Shown here one piece after another: positions 1 to 15,342 of a DNA stretch of 64,000 nucleotides (the stretch's first letter is position 1; every line of letters begins with the position of its first letter). Source of the stretch: Lama glama. Lineage: Eukaryota. The notes beneath the pieces were generated by a model. It saw only the letters and a program-made list of their open reading frames with translations, ran no database searches and was not told the DNA's origin. The stretch is taken from NCBI GenBank assembly GCA_028534125.1, contig CM052816.1, forward strand, positions 34,970,001 to 35,034,000, in the 5' to 3' direction. A program made the translations under genes and the position numbers.

Positions 1-3000
1 CACAGCATCCTAGAGTCTAAATATAAGAACTGCTGTGCTTTGGGTTTGGAGAAAACATTCACGCTCATGTTGAGCATGGCTCTGGGCACCATGCCCTCTG
101 CATTTGCTTACAACAGCCTGGCATTTCTTAAGAGCAGGGAGGCAAGTTTATTTCTACCAAATCAAATTGTTTGTAAAAGGAAAATTTCTTTATAAGAGGA
201 TGTTTTGCACCCCCATCCCCCCTGCCTTCCCTGTTTAAAAATTAACAAAAGCATGGATCAGTGAGCTGGCAAAGACTACCAAGATGGTCCTTTTGCCTGG
301 AATCTCAGTAATAACATTCCAGATTCCCTCTCAGCCCCTGAGGTTCTGAATCCAGGGCACTTAGAAATTTGAGTTCCCATTGGGGATGAGGGGGTGGTTT
401 TAGTTTTTTTTGCATCACAAAGATTGCTCGGACACCTCGAAAGACCTCAAGGTTGTACAGTTTGACAAGAGCTATATGAAGAAAATATTAATAATGAGTT
501 TGGACTCATACACAACTTCTTTTTTCATTCTCAGATTTTTGCTGCTCCAGTGTGGGAACTGGGATTCCTTTTTAACGGCCACCTTCTCCTCATCCTGCGT
601 TGCCCAAAATGTTGATCTTTCCCAGTGACATCTATTCTTTACTTTCAAAATAAGGTATTAGCTCCTGTGATCAGGTGAATTGCCTAGATGGTTATAGTTT
701 TTTCATGGGTGCTCTAACAAGTACAAAGGGGTGAAGTAGTGTTTCTGTTGTCTGCTTTAATGGTTGAAATCTGGCTTCTTAGCATGTCATTTTAACTTCT
801 GTTTTGGATAGCTTCTAGAAGGTACCTGTCCGGATCCTAGAGCTGTTCGTAGCAGATAGGAGAAAGGTGTGATGTCTGGCGTTTTAGGCAGGGCACTGCT
901 CTGGGGAAGTGTAGGGTAGAGCTTATGTTTTAACACAGTGGCGCTCTGTGGTCTGTGTGTCTGGGTAGATTGGCTTCTTTTGAACTTAAGTCTTCATGTT
1001 TGCTACACTCTTTTCTGAAGCTAGGGAAAACCTCTTTGACATTGCAAACCTGAAATACTTTTAGACATACACTGGCCAGAAAAGTGTGAAAGAAAACAAA
1101 AGGAATTGGCACAGAAGAGTGGAATGGAAAAGCTGAATATGCCCAGGGGTTTAAAATAATCATTATTAGCGTTTTAACATTTCTTTGGAGACGGGTCACC
1201 TAGTGAGCTTATTTGGCTGATCAGCAGGCTGCTTCCCAGGACACATTTGCACACAGGGATCTTTCCAACCCGAAAAGTCTCCCAGGAACCTCTATTGGTA
1301 GCGTCACTCATCAGACACATCTGTGGCCTAACTGTCCTGTCTCCACCACAAAGACTACAGCGAGGCCTTCTTTGTGTTCTAAGCTGCATCTGCCACGGGG
1401 CCTCTCACATACAGGGTGTGCCGCTGGTCTCAGTAAGTGGAGGCCAGGGAGCTCCCCTCCTGAAAGCCTGAGGAGAAACTCTTTGGTCCAGGTCAATTAA
1501 GGTATTATCTGATAAAAGCTGATGACAAAAAGGCTTTTCTGTTTTGGTAAAGTAAGGATTAAGAAACTGAATATGAGAAAAAGAAATACCAACCAGAAAG
1601 GAGAAAATAAAGAAAACACCAAAAAAACTAGCACCCAGCAGGCTTCCCTGAACCTGACATGGTGGTAGTTCAAGAAAAGCTTCTGAATAAATCACACTGA
1701 GGGAAAACATACTGCAAAATTTTGCTCCTGGGGTTATTACCATCACTTACAACATTTTATTACTTTGTAGACCACTCACATCTTCTGGCTTTAATGGGAA
1801 TGTTTGGGAAGATGATTTAGAAATTGAAGATGTGAATCTTAAATATTTTTGGTTTGGGGCTCCTCCAAGTTTGCCAGCAAGGAGGAAAGCTAAATCTGTC
1901 TTTATGTTGCAAATATCTTTTCTTTAATAAAATTAAAGGCAGAAACTTTCACAGCAGTTGCCCCAATGTGGGTGACCCCAGACATACATGCCCCACCGCT
2001 CAGCTCCTCACTGCTTAGGGAGCCAGCAGAACCCCTGCCATGTCTGCATCCTCGCAGAAACACCCAGCAAGAGTCATTCTCATTCAACAGTGGCTACCTC
2101 CTGAGAAACAGAGGCAGCATAAAGAAAATCAAATCAATATCCAATTCAACGCCCCTTAAGAAATGTTGTAGAGACTTGAGAGGCACGTAAGCTTTAATAA
2201 AATGCAGCAGGAAGCACCTCTAAATTGGCTTTTGAGGATTCGCTTTCCCTTACTGATGCTGCATTGATTTGTTGGAAGGTGAGCCCACGAGCCACCCTGC
2301 AGTGGTTCTTTGCTGTTGCCCTTTCCTGCCCTTCAGTCTTTCTGGGTGCCTCTCTCTCTGCCGTCCACGCCTGCCCCTCGCCGGGCTGTGCCTGGCTTTA
2401 GGATGACTTTGCGATTGCTTTCCCTAAAATGTTGAGTATAAAGGCAAGGAGAATGAGTCTTTTCCTCCTTCCCTACTGGGTTCCATGCTTCTCCAGAGCA
2501 GAGCTCGTCGCAGGGAGGCGGGGTAACGCCAGGGGCCAGGTAGTTGTTAGAGGAGAGACGAGACAGGGCCGATCTCAGCGTGCTCTCACCCACTGCTGCC
2601 AGAGATTTCTAATACGGTGAGAACAATCAGTGATCTTAGCTTAAGAGAGGGTGTCACTAACTCACACATAGAGAGACTTTGAGTCGTCTCTTTTCAAAGT
2701 CTAAACACACATGACAAACCCTTTAGTTGGCAGGACACTGAGCACGTGTCTCCCCGCCTAGCACGGCCTGTGAGCTGGGGATGGAGGACGGCCCCAAGTG
2801 TGCGGGAGGGGTGTCTGGTCTGCTCACCCCATGGCCCACACACCGGCAGGTGACCTCTTTTGCTTCTTCTGACTGCAATATCTTTTACATTTTCTATAGG
2901 AAGGCTCTGGCCCGGTGGCCCTGCTCCCTCAGGCCTCCTATGACATTGTCCGGGTCTTCACTGTTCCACTTTAATTATCCCACACTCTCTGCAAGGGGCG

Positions 3001-6000
3001 GCTTCGTCCTGCCTCAGAGTAACCGGTTCTTTCCTTTCTGCCTTTGTGGATGCTCGCCTCAGCTCCTTATTAACAGGTGTGCTGAAGCCTCTGCTCATTA
3101 CTGCTCTGCAGTTTCAAGTGACTAGGAATTTACTACAGCAGGACTTTTCTACCACCTCCAAGAATCTGTCCTTCTCGGGCAGCTAAGTGAGTTTTAATGG
3201 CTACACTTAACAATTCAGAATTTAATCTTCGAAGCAGAATGAGGCAGTAGGATGGTTTTCAAGGGGCAATAAATATTTCCTTAAATTGAATTATGACTAA
3301 CATATATAGCTTATACGCCTTCTGTATTACAGCATTATTTTTTAAAGGAGAATTTTATGGGACTCCACAACTGCACCAGTATTTCCTTCAAGGAGGTCAT
3401 CTTGAAATATGGACTTTTAAATCAGAGTGTTTTCTCTTACAGAAATTAATATGTAGGTCTGGATTCTCCCAAATAATACAGTATTCAAATTGTTATGAAG
3501 CTAATCAAAACAGAAAAAAATAAATAAAACTAAAATATTTAATTAAAAAATTCCTGATATGTATCAGCAAATCAGAGTTAGTAACAAAAGAGGTAACACT
3601 TTATTTTAATGGTAAACTTTCATGCTAACTTAATAGTATAATGGAAATGTCATATAAACTCATTTTCATATAAAATCTTTGTTTTCATTTAATTAACATA
3701 TTAATACATAAAGAAACCTTGTCTTTTTCAATTATTTGTCCCCTTTGTTGTCCTTTGTATTTGGCGTTAGTCTGTTTTGTGTGAGGGCTCTGAACTCCTA
3801 AATACAAAAGTCAGTCTTTATATGACTCAGAATGGTGTTTATGGACAATCAATTCTGTTGATAAGAAATATCTAAAATATCAATCGTGTGATCGGGGAGT
3901 GTATATATATGTAAACAGGGTTGAGGCAAACAGTCTCTTTTCAGAAGGAATCCATCAATGTCACTTCAAAGGACACACGGCCACAGAATAGTGCTCACAC
4001 TGTATACTAAGGAAGGCTTCCAGGTACGTTTCTAGAACAGCTGATGACTCCCCAGAATGGACTATAAAGCGGTGTGACTGAGATCACTGAATGGCAGCAG
4101 CACACGACCTGGACATGCATTTCTGCATCCTAATTTTTGTTTGTCCCTCTGCAAGGTCCTCAGTGTGTGGCATATATTATAATTAAAACACTTTCTTCTT
4201 GACACAATCTCATACCAGTACTGTGAAGCCATGGCTATTTTTAGTGCTATTAGCCAAACTTCATATAAAACTGTATGTCAGAACTGAAACGTGAGTATAA
4301 CGTAGACAAGGAAACTGTATCATGGCTTAAAGGAAATTAAGACTATTTCAATGACTAAACATTTTCTTTTCTTTTAGAAACAACCCTCAAATGAAAAATA
4401 GTTGTGAAATGTGCACTGAATAATGGCTGATACAATTAGACTCATCTTCTATACTGACCTGCTAGCGAGATGTTTCAATAAGAGCGTATCTGTGATAAGA
4501 TGGTGAATTATGGATGAAGAACTTTATTGACTATATGAAATTAGGGAGAGAAAAGAGAAGTGATTACATGAGACCTTTCACTGGGGACCTAGTGGCAGGG
4601 TGGACTGAAATGAAATCTCTGGTTTTGAAAGTCTAAACAAAACTTATTAATCCTTTATTATTATTTTCCTGGAAGAGAAAGAATATGTTGGCTTTGGGAA
4701 GTAACCTTAGATTACATGGAATACAAAATAATTTAAGGTTTCAAATGTTGGTAATAAATGTTATTTTGACAATAAAAGATTTATTTCCTTGAAAAATGAT
4801 AACCTACCTACATATTTGTCATAAAGGCTCCTTGGTGATTCAAGGTAGAAAAATGCAGGTGAGAGTCAGACTGCCTGGGCTTACCCGCCCCTCACTCTGT
4901 ATTCATAAATTTAAGGAATTATGACAGGAACTGTATAGGAGTAACATATGCAATGCTTGAAAAAAGCCATTAACAACACAAAGATTTGTGACCTGGCTGA
5001 ATTACATTCAGACCAGTGGCAGTTTTGGTTACAACTGTTTTCTTATTAAATAAGTCATATGATTTTATGTATTTCTGAAGACTTCTTTTTCTACATCAAC
5101 TTGCAAATTCAGAACAGTATTTGTATGTGTGCTTTTCGGATATGGATTAGCCTCCTGAAGTATATAATTCCAATAATTATCAGTGACAGAAGGGATGAAT
5201 AAATTATGCTTCAAGCACAACAAAATTAACGGTAAAAAATGATCTGCGTGAGTTTTTCTTAATGCATGTGCCTATATGAAATTTAATATTCTCTACAACT
5301 GATATGATCCTGAAAGACTCCCAATGCGTTATTAATCCTGAACTATACCACTGCTTGCTTTGAGACAAAGAAGAAAATAGAATTTAAATGCTGCAGATGT
5401 CATGATGTTTGGAAAAGCTTCTTTAATTTAAGCACAGAGTTATGATGTGAATTGCAAATTCTTACAGCCTGGATGAGTGAAATATCAATGCCATGTTCAT
5501 CCTTTGCACCAGAATGCAAAGATTTAAACTTAAGGTCTTCACAAAATTGAAGCCCGAACCATCATTCTCTCTTTTACTGAGAGCTTAGCACTGGGGCTGC
5601 TAAGTGATGGGAGGCTGTTTTCTTTAAATAAAGAATAGTACAGAGAGATGCACTTGGAAATACTGACAAAGGGTGGAAATGTCCCCATTTTTTTTTCTTG
5701 CTTTTGAAAGCTGGCAAGTGCCCGAAGACTAGAGCTCTTAATTCATGAATCTGTGCTTAACTGACCGTAGTATACACCATCAAGAGAAGGCTTCATTTCT
5801 TTCCAATATTTGACAGAAGGTAAACAATGCTAATTTTAAGAAAAAGTTGTTTTGTATATTGCAGTATTTTTGAGGGCAAGTATATTCATGCTTTCATTTT
5901 AGTCTGGGTGTGGTAATCATTAAATGTGTACAAAACTGGCAAGGAGACTGAAATGGTGGACACAAGCCATTTTTCTCTTCAGTATTATCCTGTATACTCT

Positions 6001-7633
6001 TTAAAATCAACTGAGTGTGAGTTTTGTGCAGTGATATTCACAGGAAGCAAAGAGCTGGAGGTGGTAGGAGGAATTTTCTATCCCAGAAGCTCTTCCAATG
6101 AATGGAGACCAAACAGTCACTAATGTGCTCTTTGGACACAGGCCTGAGCTCTTATTAAAGAGCTCCCAAGCCACATTTACCCCTGAGCGTGACCATCTCT
6201 TCCACACATATTTATCCTGAGAGGTAACTATATACAGAACATGGGGTAAGTTCCCTGGATGCAGCTAAGATTCAGCTAAACAGAATTCTAGTTTCAACTC
6301 TGTGTTAACATTTTATTCCTATGAAGCATCTCCAGAGCTGTCTTGCATACCTGTCAGCTAATGATAGGGATTTCCAGGTAACAGCGTAAGAGTAAACGAA
6401 GGGGGCAAGTGGCGGTAGGAGGGCTGTCTCTCTCTCTCTCTGTTTCCTTAATAATCTTCATTTCACTTCTTGAACATTTACTCCATTTACACCTTCCTGG
6501 CTTCTTAGTTTTATGTGTGTGTGTGTGTCTACATGCACACGCCCACGTGTGTACACACATGGATGTGTTTATGAACTAGGATCATGAAATTCTGACAGCT
6601 TTGGAAACTGGCTCACACGAAGGGAATTAAATTCTGGGATTTCTCCTCTTAAGGGAAGGTCCTTAACCAAAAGTATGTTGTTATTTCTGTGGACTTGTGC
6701 TTTGAAGTTCCTCTACAAAAATTTCTGAGGCCATTAAGAAGGCTTTAAATATGAACTCCTGAAAACAAACATTTCTTAGAATCGTTTTGATGAATTCAAA
6801 CCATAAAATAAAGAGGGTGTGTGTGTGTGTGTGAAGGCATAACTCTGATAAGAAGGCAGATTCTGTATTTCCCCTTTCTTCTCTTTGATGACCGTCTAGC
6901 TGCCCTTTTCTCCAGACCAACCTCCTGTTCCAACTTACTTCTTGCTGTCACAACTCTCTACAACACCCTTGAAAAGCTGTGGCCTCAACTAAAAGTGTGC
7001 TCTTTGAGGACGTTTCATGCATCATTTTCTGATGCCTGAACGGAAGGGGAGGGAAGCAGCAGCCTTACTAATAAAACCGGAACGTGAGGATTCTTATGCT
7101 GCGCTTATTTCTGGCAAGAAAGGAAAGAAAAACCCTAGGAGGTCCAAATAATTCCCAACATAAAATGATGTTGACAAATACACTCTTCCTTAGCAGAGCG
7201 GAAAGCCAGCCTTGGCTGGAATGTTGCGAACATGGCGTGACCAGTGCAGCCAACAGCACCGACGGAGCAGGGTCTGTGGCAGAGGCCAGTGGCCCGTGAG
7301 CTGGGCCGGGAGTCAGAACCTCTGAGAAACAGCAAGGGTCCTGGTGTGACAAAGACGGACCGGTTCCCCCTCACAGTTAGAGCCTGTGCTTTTCTATTTA
7401 CAACAGGCTGAAATGGCAGGATTGCGGTGGGGAGCAAGAAAGCCCTTGGTAGGACTGTCTGTCTCTTGAATGCATTTAACTTTGACCTTTTTTAATGGCA
7501 CATAGTGTAAAAAAAACAGTTAATAAAAAAGATAACCTTAGAAGACTGTTGCACATAATGTGGTATAAACTCATTGTGAATGAGAGTGGAGGATGGAGTC
7601 CTGGACGCGGGCAGGGTTTGCGCTGTTCCGTCA
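1..7633 (-). other. FER: Probable long FER 3' UTR / downstream region; true 3' end undetermined
   Basis: Lies downstream of the stop codon, is poor in recognisable repeats, and has several minus-strand poly(A) hexamers. A multi-kb FER 3' UTR in human is from recall. Confidence 0.55.
3600..3610 (-). terminator. Candidate polyadenylation signal (overlapping ATTAAA/AATAAA)
   Basis: The minus strand reads ATTAAAATAAA followed by U/GU-rich sequence (gtgttacctcttttgtt...ttttatttatttttttctgttttg). Confidence 0.4.
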
Positions 7634-7776
7634 CTATGTGATTTTCTTCTTGATGCCAGTGAGCTCCTTCTGAAGTTCCGTGAACTTGGGGCGGTTTTCA
7701 GGTTTATAATCCCAACACTTCATCATAATTTTAAAAATGTCCTCTGGACAATGCTGAGGGGCCGACATTCGGTATC
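7634..7776 (-). CDS. FER: FER terminal coding exon: (G)[46 protein letters not shown]
   Basis: Acceptor ttcag|GA. Contains the CW...RP.F motif of subdomain XI. Stop TAG at 7636-7634 is followed directly by TGA (7633-7631). This exon is absent from the ORF track because it is short. Confidence 0.97.
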
Positions 7777-9031
<1,255 letters not shown>

Positions 9032-11649
9032 CTATGTCAGTCACATATTAACATATTTAAACTTACCAGGAACTCAGTAACTACTGATCTTATTCTCCAC
9101 TAGTTTTACTTTGCAGCAGTAGTAATAGTACCAACTAAATGAACAGTCTTCAGGCTGCTCGTTTGCCTAAAAAACCTTCCGAGTCACTTTTCCCCCACCG
9201 AGAACAACTATTCACTCAGTATGCAAGCTTAGTTTCCCTATGGCATCCAAGTGAAGTGGATGGGTTATATCAGAAAGATATAAATTTGTACACATCTATG
9301 CCTAGAAGACTAAAATAGTTGGATTTCTGCAATTTTGTCTGACTGCATCATTTTCTTTCAGCTAAAATTACAAACAAGCTTAAAGCAATAAGGGAAGTTT
9401 CTTAACTTCAGTTTTTTTTACTCATCACTGTTTACAGATAGTCCTACATGCTAAAAGGTCTCATTTTCTCCTCTGATAATTTCCCTTATGGAAAATACAT
9501 TTTTCTGTGTTTTGAATAGAGCAGAAATTAACATAGTTGACTGATAAAAAGAAAAACAACTTCTTTAAATTACATGGTGTCTTGATTTGTCAAAATATCT
9601 TGGTGCACCTGTTTCACTGAATTACATGAGCTAATAAGCTCTTAGGTTTCTTTGTTTTTGTTTTTTTCTTGGTAATCGATTAGAGAAGCACAGAGATAAA
9701 AGCCAATACAAGATACCGTTAGGAATGAATGTGAAATCAAGGAAGGGAAGAGGCAAGGCCTTTCTAACCTCCAAAAGGCTATGAATTTCCAAACTTTTCC
9801 AACATGTTTCTGCCATTCTAGGATTTATAAACGCCTCTCCTCTAAAAATGTCTTGTTACTTTGAGTAGGATGGCCCTTTCTCTTTCTTGAAAAAAGCAAA
9901 CGGAGAACGAGGGTATGGCTGTGCCGTGATAACTGCTCTGACGTTAGAGTCTGGAGTGTACTTGCTGATTATCGTCTCCAGCTGTGTGAATTAGCTTCCT
10001 TCTTCCTAGACAGTAATTATCGACATTCACTGTGCTAGTCGGTAGGAAGATTAGTTTCCTTGTCTGCATATCAATTCTTTTCATGTTTGGCACCCATTAA
10101 TTGAACACTTTTCATGAATACCATTCAGTGGCTACAAGTTAAGACTAACTAACGTTTTAAGGACGCACAAGGCACAGAGAGCCAAATGCCTCCTTTTGTG
10201 AGGTGGTGTCCAGCACAGATCAAGAACGGCCGGTTGTATTGTAAACTAAGGTCACAGCCTAGAAGTGAAAGCTTACAACTGAACTTTATAACCTGGGCTT
10301 TTGAATCTGGTTTTCCTGGGTAATTTTTAAAAATTAATTAATTAGTTAGTTCCTTGTTTTTCTTATTGAGGTATAGCTGACATATAACATTAGTTTCAAG
10401 TGTACAACATGATGATTCAATATCTGTATATATTGCAAAATAATCACAATAAGTCTAACACTCATCACCATCTGTAGTCAAATTTTTTTTCTTGTGATGA
10501 GAACTTTTAAAATCTACTCTCTTAGCAACTTTCAAGTATGCAGTGCAGTATTACAGCCACCATACTTCATGTTGCACCCCCAGGACTTGTTTTATAGATG
10601 GAAGTTTGTACCTCCTGACCATCTTCACCTGTTTAACCCCTTACTGGCAGCCACCAGTTTGTTCTCTGTATCTATGAGAGTGGTTTTGTCTTCATTGTTG
10701 TTTTTTAAGATTTCACATATAAATGAGATCACATAGCATGTGTCTTTCGCTGTCTGACATATCCACTTAGCATAATGCTCTCAATATCCATCCATGTTGT
10801 CACAGTTGGCAAAATTTCACTCTGTTATGGTTGAATAATATTCTATTGCATATATATATATGTATACACGCACACACAAACACCATATCTTCTTTCTTTA
10901 GTCCTCTTTTGATGGACACTTAGATTGTTTCTATATCTTGGTTGTTATAAATAATGTGGCAGTGAATGGGGAGGTGCATGTATCTTTTTCAGTTAGCATT
11001 TTGGCTTTCTTCAGACAGATACCCAGAAGTGGAACTGCTAGATGTTATGGTAGTTCTATTTTTACTTTTATGAGGAAACGCCACACTATTTTCCATAGTG
11101 GCTGCACCACTTTTCATTCCCACTGACAGGGTAGGTGGGATCCTTTTCTCCACATCCTTACCAATGCTTGTTATTTCTTGTCTTTTTAATAAAAGCCATT
11201 CTAACAGCCATAAGGTGATATGTCATTGTGGTTTTAATTTGCATTTCCCTGATGATTAGTGATGTTAAGTATCTTTTCATGAACCTATTGGTCATATGTA
11301 TCTCTTCTTTGGATAAATGTCTATTCTGAATTTCTGCCCATTTTTAAACTGGAATTTTTTGTGTCTTTAGTTGTATGAGTTCTTTATATATTTAAATATT
11401 AACCCCTATCAGATATGATTTATGAATATTTTCTCTCTTTCAGTAGGGTTTTGTTTTGTGAATGGTTTCCTTTGCTGTGCAGAAGCTTTTAGGTTTGAAA
11501 TAGCCCCAAGTGTTTATTTTTGCTTTTGTTCCCTTTGTTTTGATGCAAAATAAAAAAATATCTCCAGCACTAATGTCAAGGAGCTTACTGCCCATGGTTT
11601 TCTTTTAGGAATTTTAGGGCTTCAGGTCTTTATATTCAAATCTAACCAT

Positions 11650-11792
11650 TTTTTTTTAACATTTTTTATTGAGTTATAATCATTTTACAATGTTGTGTCA
11701 TTCCAGTGTAGAGCACAATTTTTCAGTTATACATGAATGTATATATATTCATTGTCACATTTTTTTCTCTGTGAGCTACCATAAGATCTTGT
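11650..11792 (-). mobile_element. Very short 5'-truncated young L1 3' end nested in the old L1
   Basis: Poly(T) followed by an L1 3' terminus. TSD tctaaccat at 11641-11649 and 11796-11804 (12 bp with one mismatch if extended). Confidence 0.8.
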
Positions 11793-12622
11793 AAGTCTAA
11801 CCATGTTGACTTAATTTTTGCATATGGTGTAAGATAATGGTCCATTTCATTCTTTTGCATATGGCTGTCTAGTTTTCTCACTGTTTACTGAAGAGATGTT
11901 CTTTTCCCAGTGTATATTCTTAGCTCCTTTGTCATATATTAATTGACCATATATGCATGGCTGTATTTCTAGGCTTTCTATTCTGTTCTATTGTTCTTTG
12001 TGTCTGTTTATTGTAACACCATACTGTTTTAAATACTACAGCTTAGTAGTATAGTTTGAAATCAAGGAGTATGATGCCTTCAGCTTGTACTTCTTTCTCA
12101 AGATTGTGTTTGCTCTTTTGTGATTCCAAACAAATTTTAGAATTATTTGTTCCATGTCTGAAAAATGCCATTGGAATTTTGATAGAGATTGCGCTGAATC
12201 TCTAGATTGCTTTGGGTAGTATGAACATTTTAACAATATCAATTCTTCCAATCCAAAAGCATGGAATATCTTTCCATTTATTTGTGTCTTCATTCATTTC
12301 TTTGGTTGCATCTGACAGTTTTCAGTGTACAGATTTTTCACCTCTTGGTGAAGTTTATTCCTAGGTATTTTCTGTTTGATGCAACTGTAAATGGAATTGT
12401 TTTCTTAACTTCTCTTTCTGATAGTTTGTTATTAGTGTATAGAAACACAACAGATTTTTGTATATTGATTTTGTATCCTGTATTCATTGATTAGTTCTAA
12501 CAGTTTTGTTTTTTGTTTTTTGGGTTTTTTTGGTGGCAACTTTAGGGTTTTCTATATATAATATCATGTCATTTGTAAATAGTGACAGTTTTACTTGTTC
12601 ATTTCCAAATGGGATTCCTTTT

Positions 12623-13385
12623 TTTAACTGAGAGAATACTTATTTTATTATATATATATTTTTATTGAAGTATAGTCAGTTTACAATGTTGTGTCAGTTT
12701 CTGGTGTACAGCATAATGCTTTAGTCATACATGAACATATATTTGTTTTCATAATCTTTTTCACCATAAGTTACTATAAGATATTGAATATAGTTCCCTG
12801 TGTTGTACAGTATAAACTTGTTTATTTTATATATAGTAGTATCTGTAAATCTTGAACTCCCAATTTATCCCTTCCCATCCCCTCCCCCTTGCCCTGGTAA
12901 CTGTAAGTTTGTTTTCTATATGTGTGAGTCTGTTTCTGTTTTGTAAATAAGTTGGTTTGTCTTTTTTATTTAATTTTTTAGATTCCATATATAAGTGATT
13001 TCACATGGTATTTTTCTTTCTCTTTCTGCTTACTTCACTTAAAATGGCAATCTCCAGGTCTATCCATGTTGCTGCAAATGGCATTGTTCTATCATTTTTT
13101 ATGGCTGAATAGTATTCCATTGTATAAATATGCCACAGCTTCCTTATCCCGTCATCTGTTGATGGACATTTAGGTTGTTTCCAAGTCTTGGCTATTGTAA
13201 ATAGTGCTGCTATGAACACTGGGGTGCACGTATGTTTTTGAATTAAGGTTCCCTATGGATATATGCCCAGGAGTGGTATTGCTGGATCATACAAAAAGTC
13301 TATTTTTAGTCTTTTGAGGAATCTCCATACTGTTTTCCATAGTGGTTGCACCAAACTACATTCCCATGAACAGTGTAGGAGGGTT
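12623..13385 (-). mobile_element. 5'-truncated young L1 (ORF2 C-terminus plus 3' UTR) nested in the old L1
   Basis: ORF 13001-13219 (MFIAALFTIAKTWKQPKCPS...) is the L1 ORF2p C-terminus. Perfect 17-bp TSD caaatgggattcctttt at 12606-12622 and 13386-13402. Confidence 0.92.
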
Positions 13386-15310
13386 CAAATGGGATTCCTT
13401 TTATTTGTTTATCTTGCCTAATTGTTCTGGCTAAACTGCCAATACTATGTTGACTAAAAGTGGTGACAGTGAGCATCTTTGTTCTGTTCCTGTTCTTAGA
13501 AGAAGAGCTTTCAGCTTATCACCATGAAGTCTGATATTAGCAGTGAGATTGTCATATATTCCATTTATTATGTTTAGATACATTTCCTCTATATCCACTC
13601 TGAGAGTTTTTATCATAAATGGATGTTGAATTTTGTCAGATGTTTTTTCTGTATCTACTGAGATGACATGATTTTTATCCTTTATTTGGTTAATGTGATG
13701 TGTCATGTTGATTAATTTGCAGATGCTGAACCATACTTGCATGCCTAGAATAAATCCCACTTCATCATGATGTATGATTCTTTTAATGTATTGCTGAATT
13801 CAGTTTGCTAATGTTTTGTTGAAGAATTTTGCTTCTATTTCATCAGAAACAATGGCCTGTAATTTTCTTATCTTGTGATGTTCTTGTCTGGTTATGGTAT
13901 CAGAGTAATGTTGGGCTCATAAATGAGTTTGGAAGTATATTCTCTTCTATGTCTTGGAAGTGTCTGAGGACAATTGGTATTAATCCTCTTTAAATGCATG
14001 GTAAAATTCACCAGTGAGGCATTTGGTCCTAAGCTTTTCTTTGTTGAAAGGTTGATTCAGTCTTGAAAGGTTGTATGTTTCTAAGATTTTTTTCATTTCT
14101 TTTAGATTGTCCAAGTTTGTTGGAATATAGTTATTTATAATAGCCTCTTAACTATCCTTTATATATCTGTTACGAGTTGTAATGTCTCTTTTTTTCATTT
14201 ATACTTGTGTTAATTTGGGTTCCCTCACTTTTTTCTTGATGAGTCTAGCTAAAATTTTGTCAGTTCATTTCAAAGAAATAGCTGTTAGTTTCATTGATGT
14301 TTTCTGTGGTCTTTTTAGTCTCTATTTCATTTATTTCTGCCCTGATCCTTCTACTAATTTGGGGTTTTTTTTCTTTTTTCTAGTTCCTTGAGGTATGATG
14401 TTAGATTGTTTGAGATTTTCGTGGTTTCTTGAGGCAGGCATTTATTGCTATGAACTTCCCTCAAAACTGCTTTTACTGCATTCTATAACTTTTGGTATGT
14501 ATTATTTCCATTTTAATTTGTCTCAAGGTAATTTTAATTTTTCTTTTGATTTCTTTTTTGACCCACTGGTGGTTCCGCAGCATGTTTAATCTCTACATAT
14601 TTGTGAATTTCCTAGTTTTCTTCTTGTAAATGATTCTCAGTTTCATACCATTGTAGTCAGAAAATATGCTTGATATGATTTCAGTCTTAAATTTATTAAA
14701 ACTTGTTTTGTGGCCTAATATATAATCTATCTTGGGGAATATTCCATGTGCACTAGAGAAAAATGTGTATTCTTCTTTTGGATGGAATTATATGTGTGTG
14801 TGTGTGAATATATATATAGCTGTTAATAAGTCCATCATCTGATCTGAAGTATCACTTAACACTAACACTTCCGTATTGATTTTTGTACAATATACATGGA
14901 TGTGAGTAGGGTATTGAAGTTCTCTACTATTATTGTATTGCTGTTTATTTTCTCCTTTAAGGTCTGTCAAAATTTGCTTTATATATGTAAGTGTTCCTAC
15001 ATTAAGTGCATAAATATTTACAAATTTTCTATCCTCTTGTTGGATTGACCCCTTTATCTTTACATAATGCCCTTCTTGGATTACAGTCTTTGTTTTAAAG
15101 TCTATTTTGTTTGATATAAATATAGCTTCTTTAGGTTTCCATTTGCATGGAGTATCTTTCTGAATCTCCTCACTTTTAGTCTTTGTGTGTCCTTAGATCT
15201 GAGGTGAGTCTCTTGAAGGCAGCATATAAGTGGATTTTGTTTTTAATTCTGTCAGCAACACTGTCTTTTCATTGGCAAATTAAGTCCATTTACATTTGAA
15301 GTAATTATTG

Positions 15311-15339
<29 letters not shown>
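15311..15339. repeat. (AT)n microsatellite just inside the old L1 ORF2 start
   Basis: Read directly from the sequence. Confidence 0.95.

Positions 15340-15342
<3 letters not shown>

Noticed and set aside
400..1750. Cluster of short overlapping ORFs near the window start
   Set aside because: No recognisable homology or exon structure; the cluster lies in the FER 3' region and could not be supported as coding.
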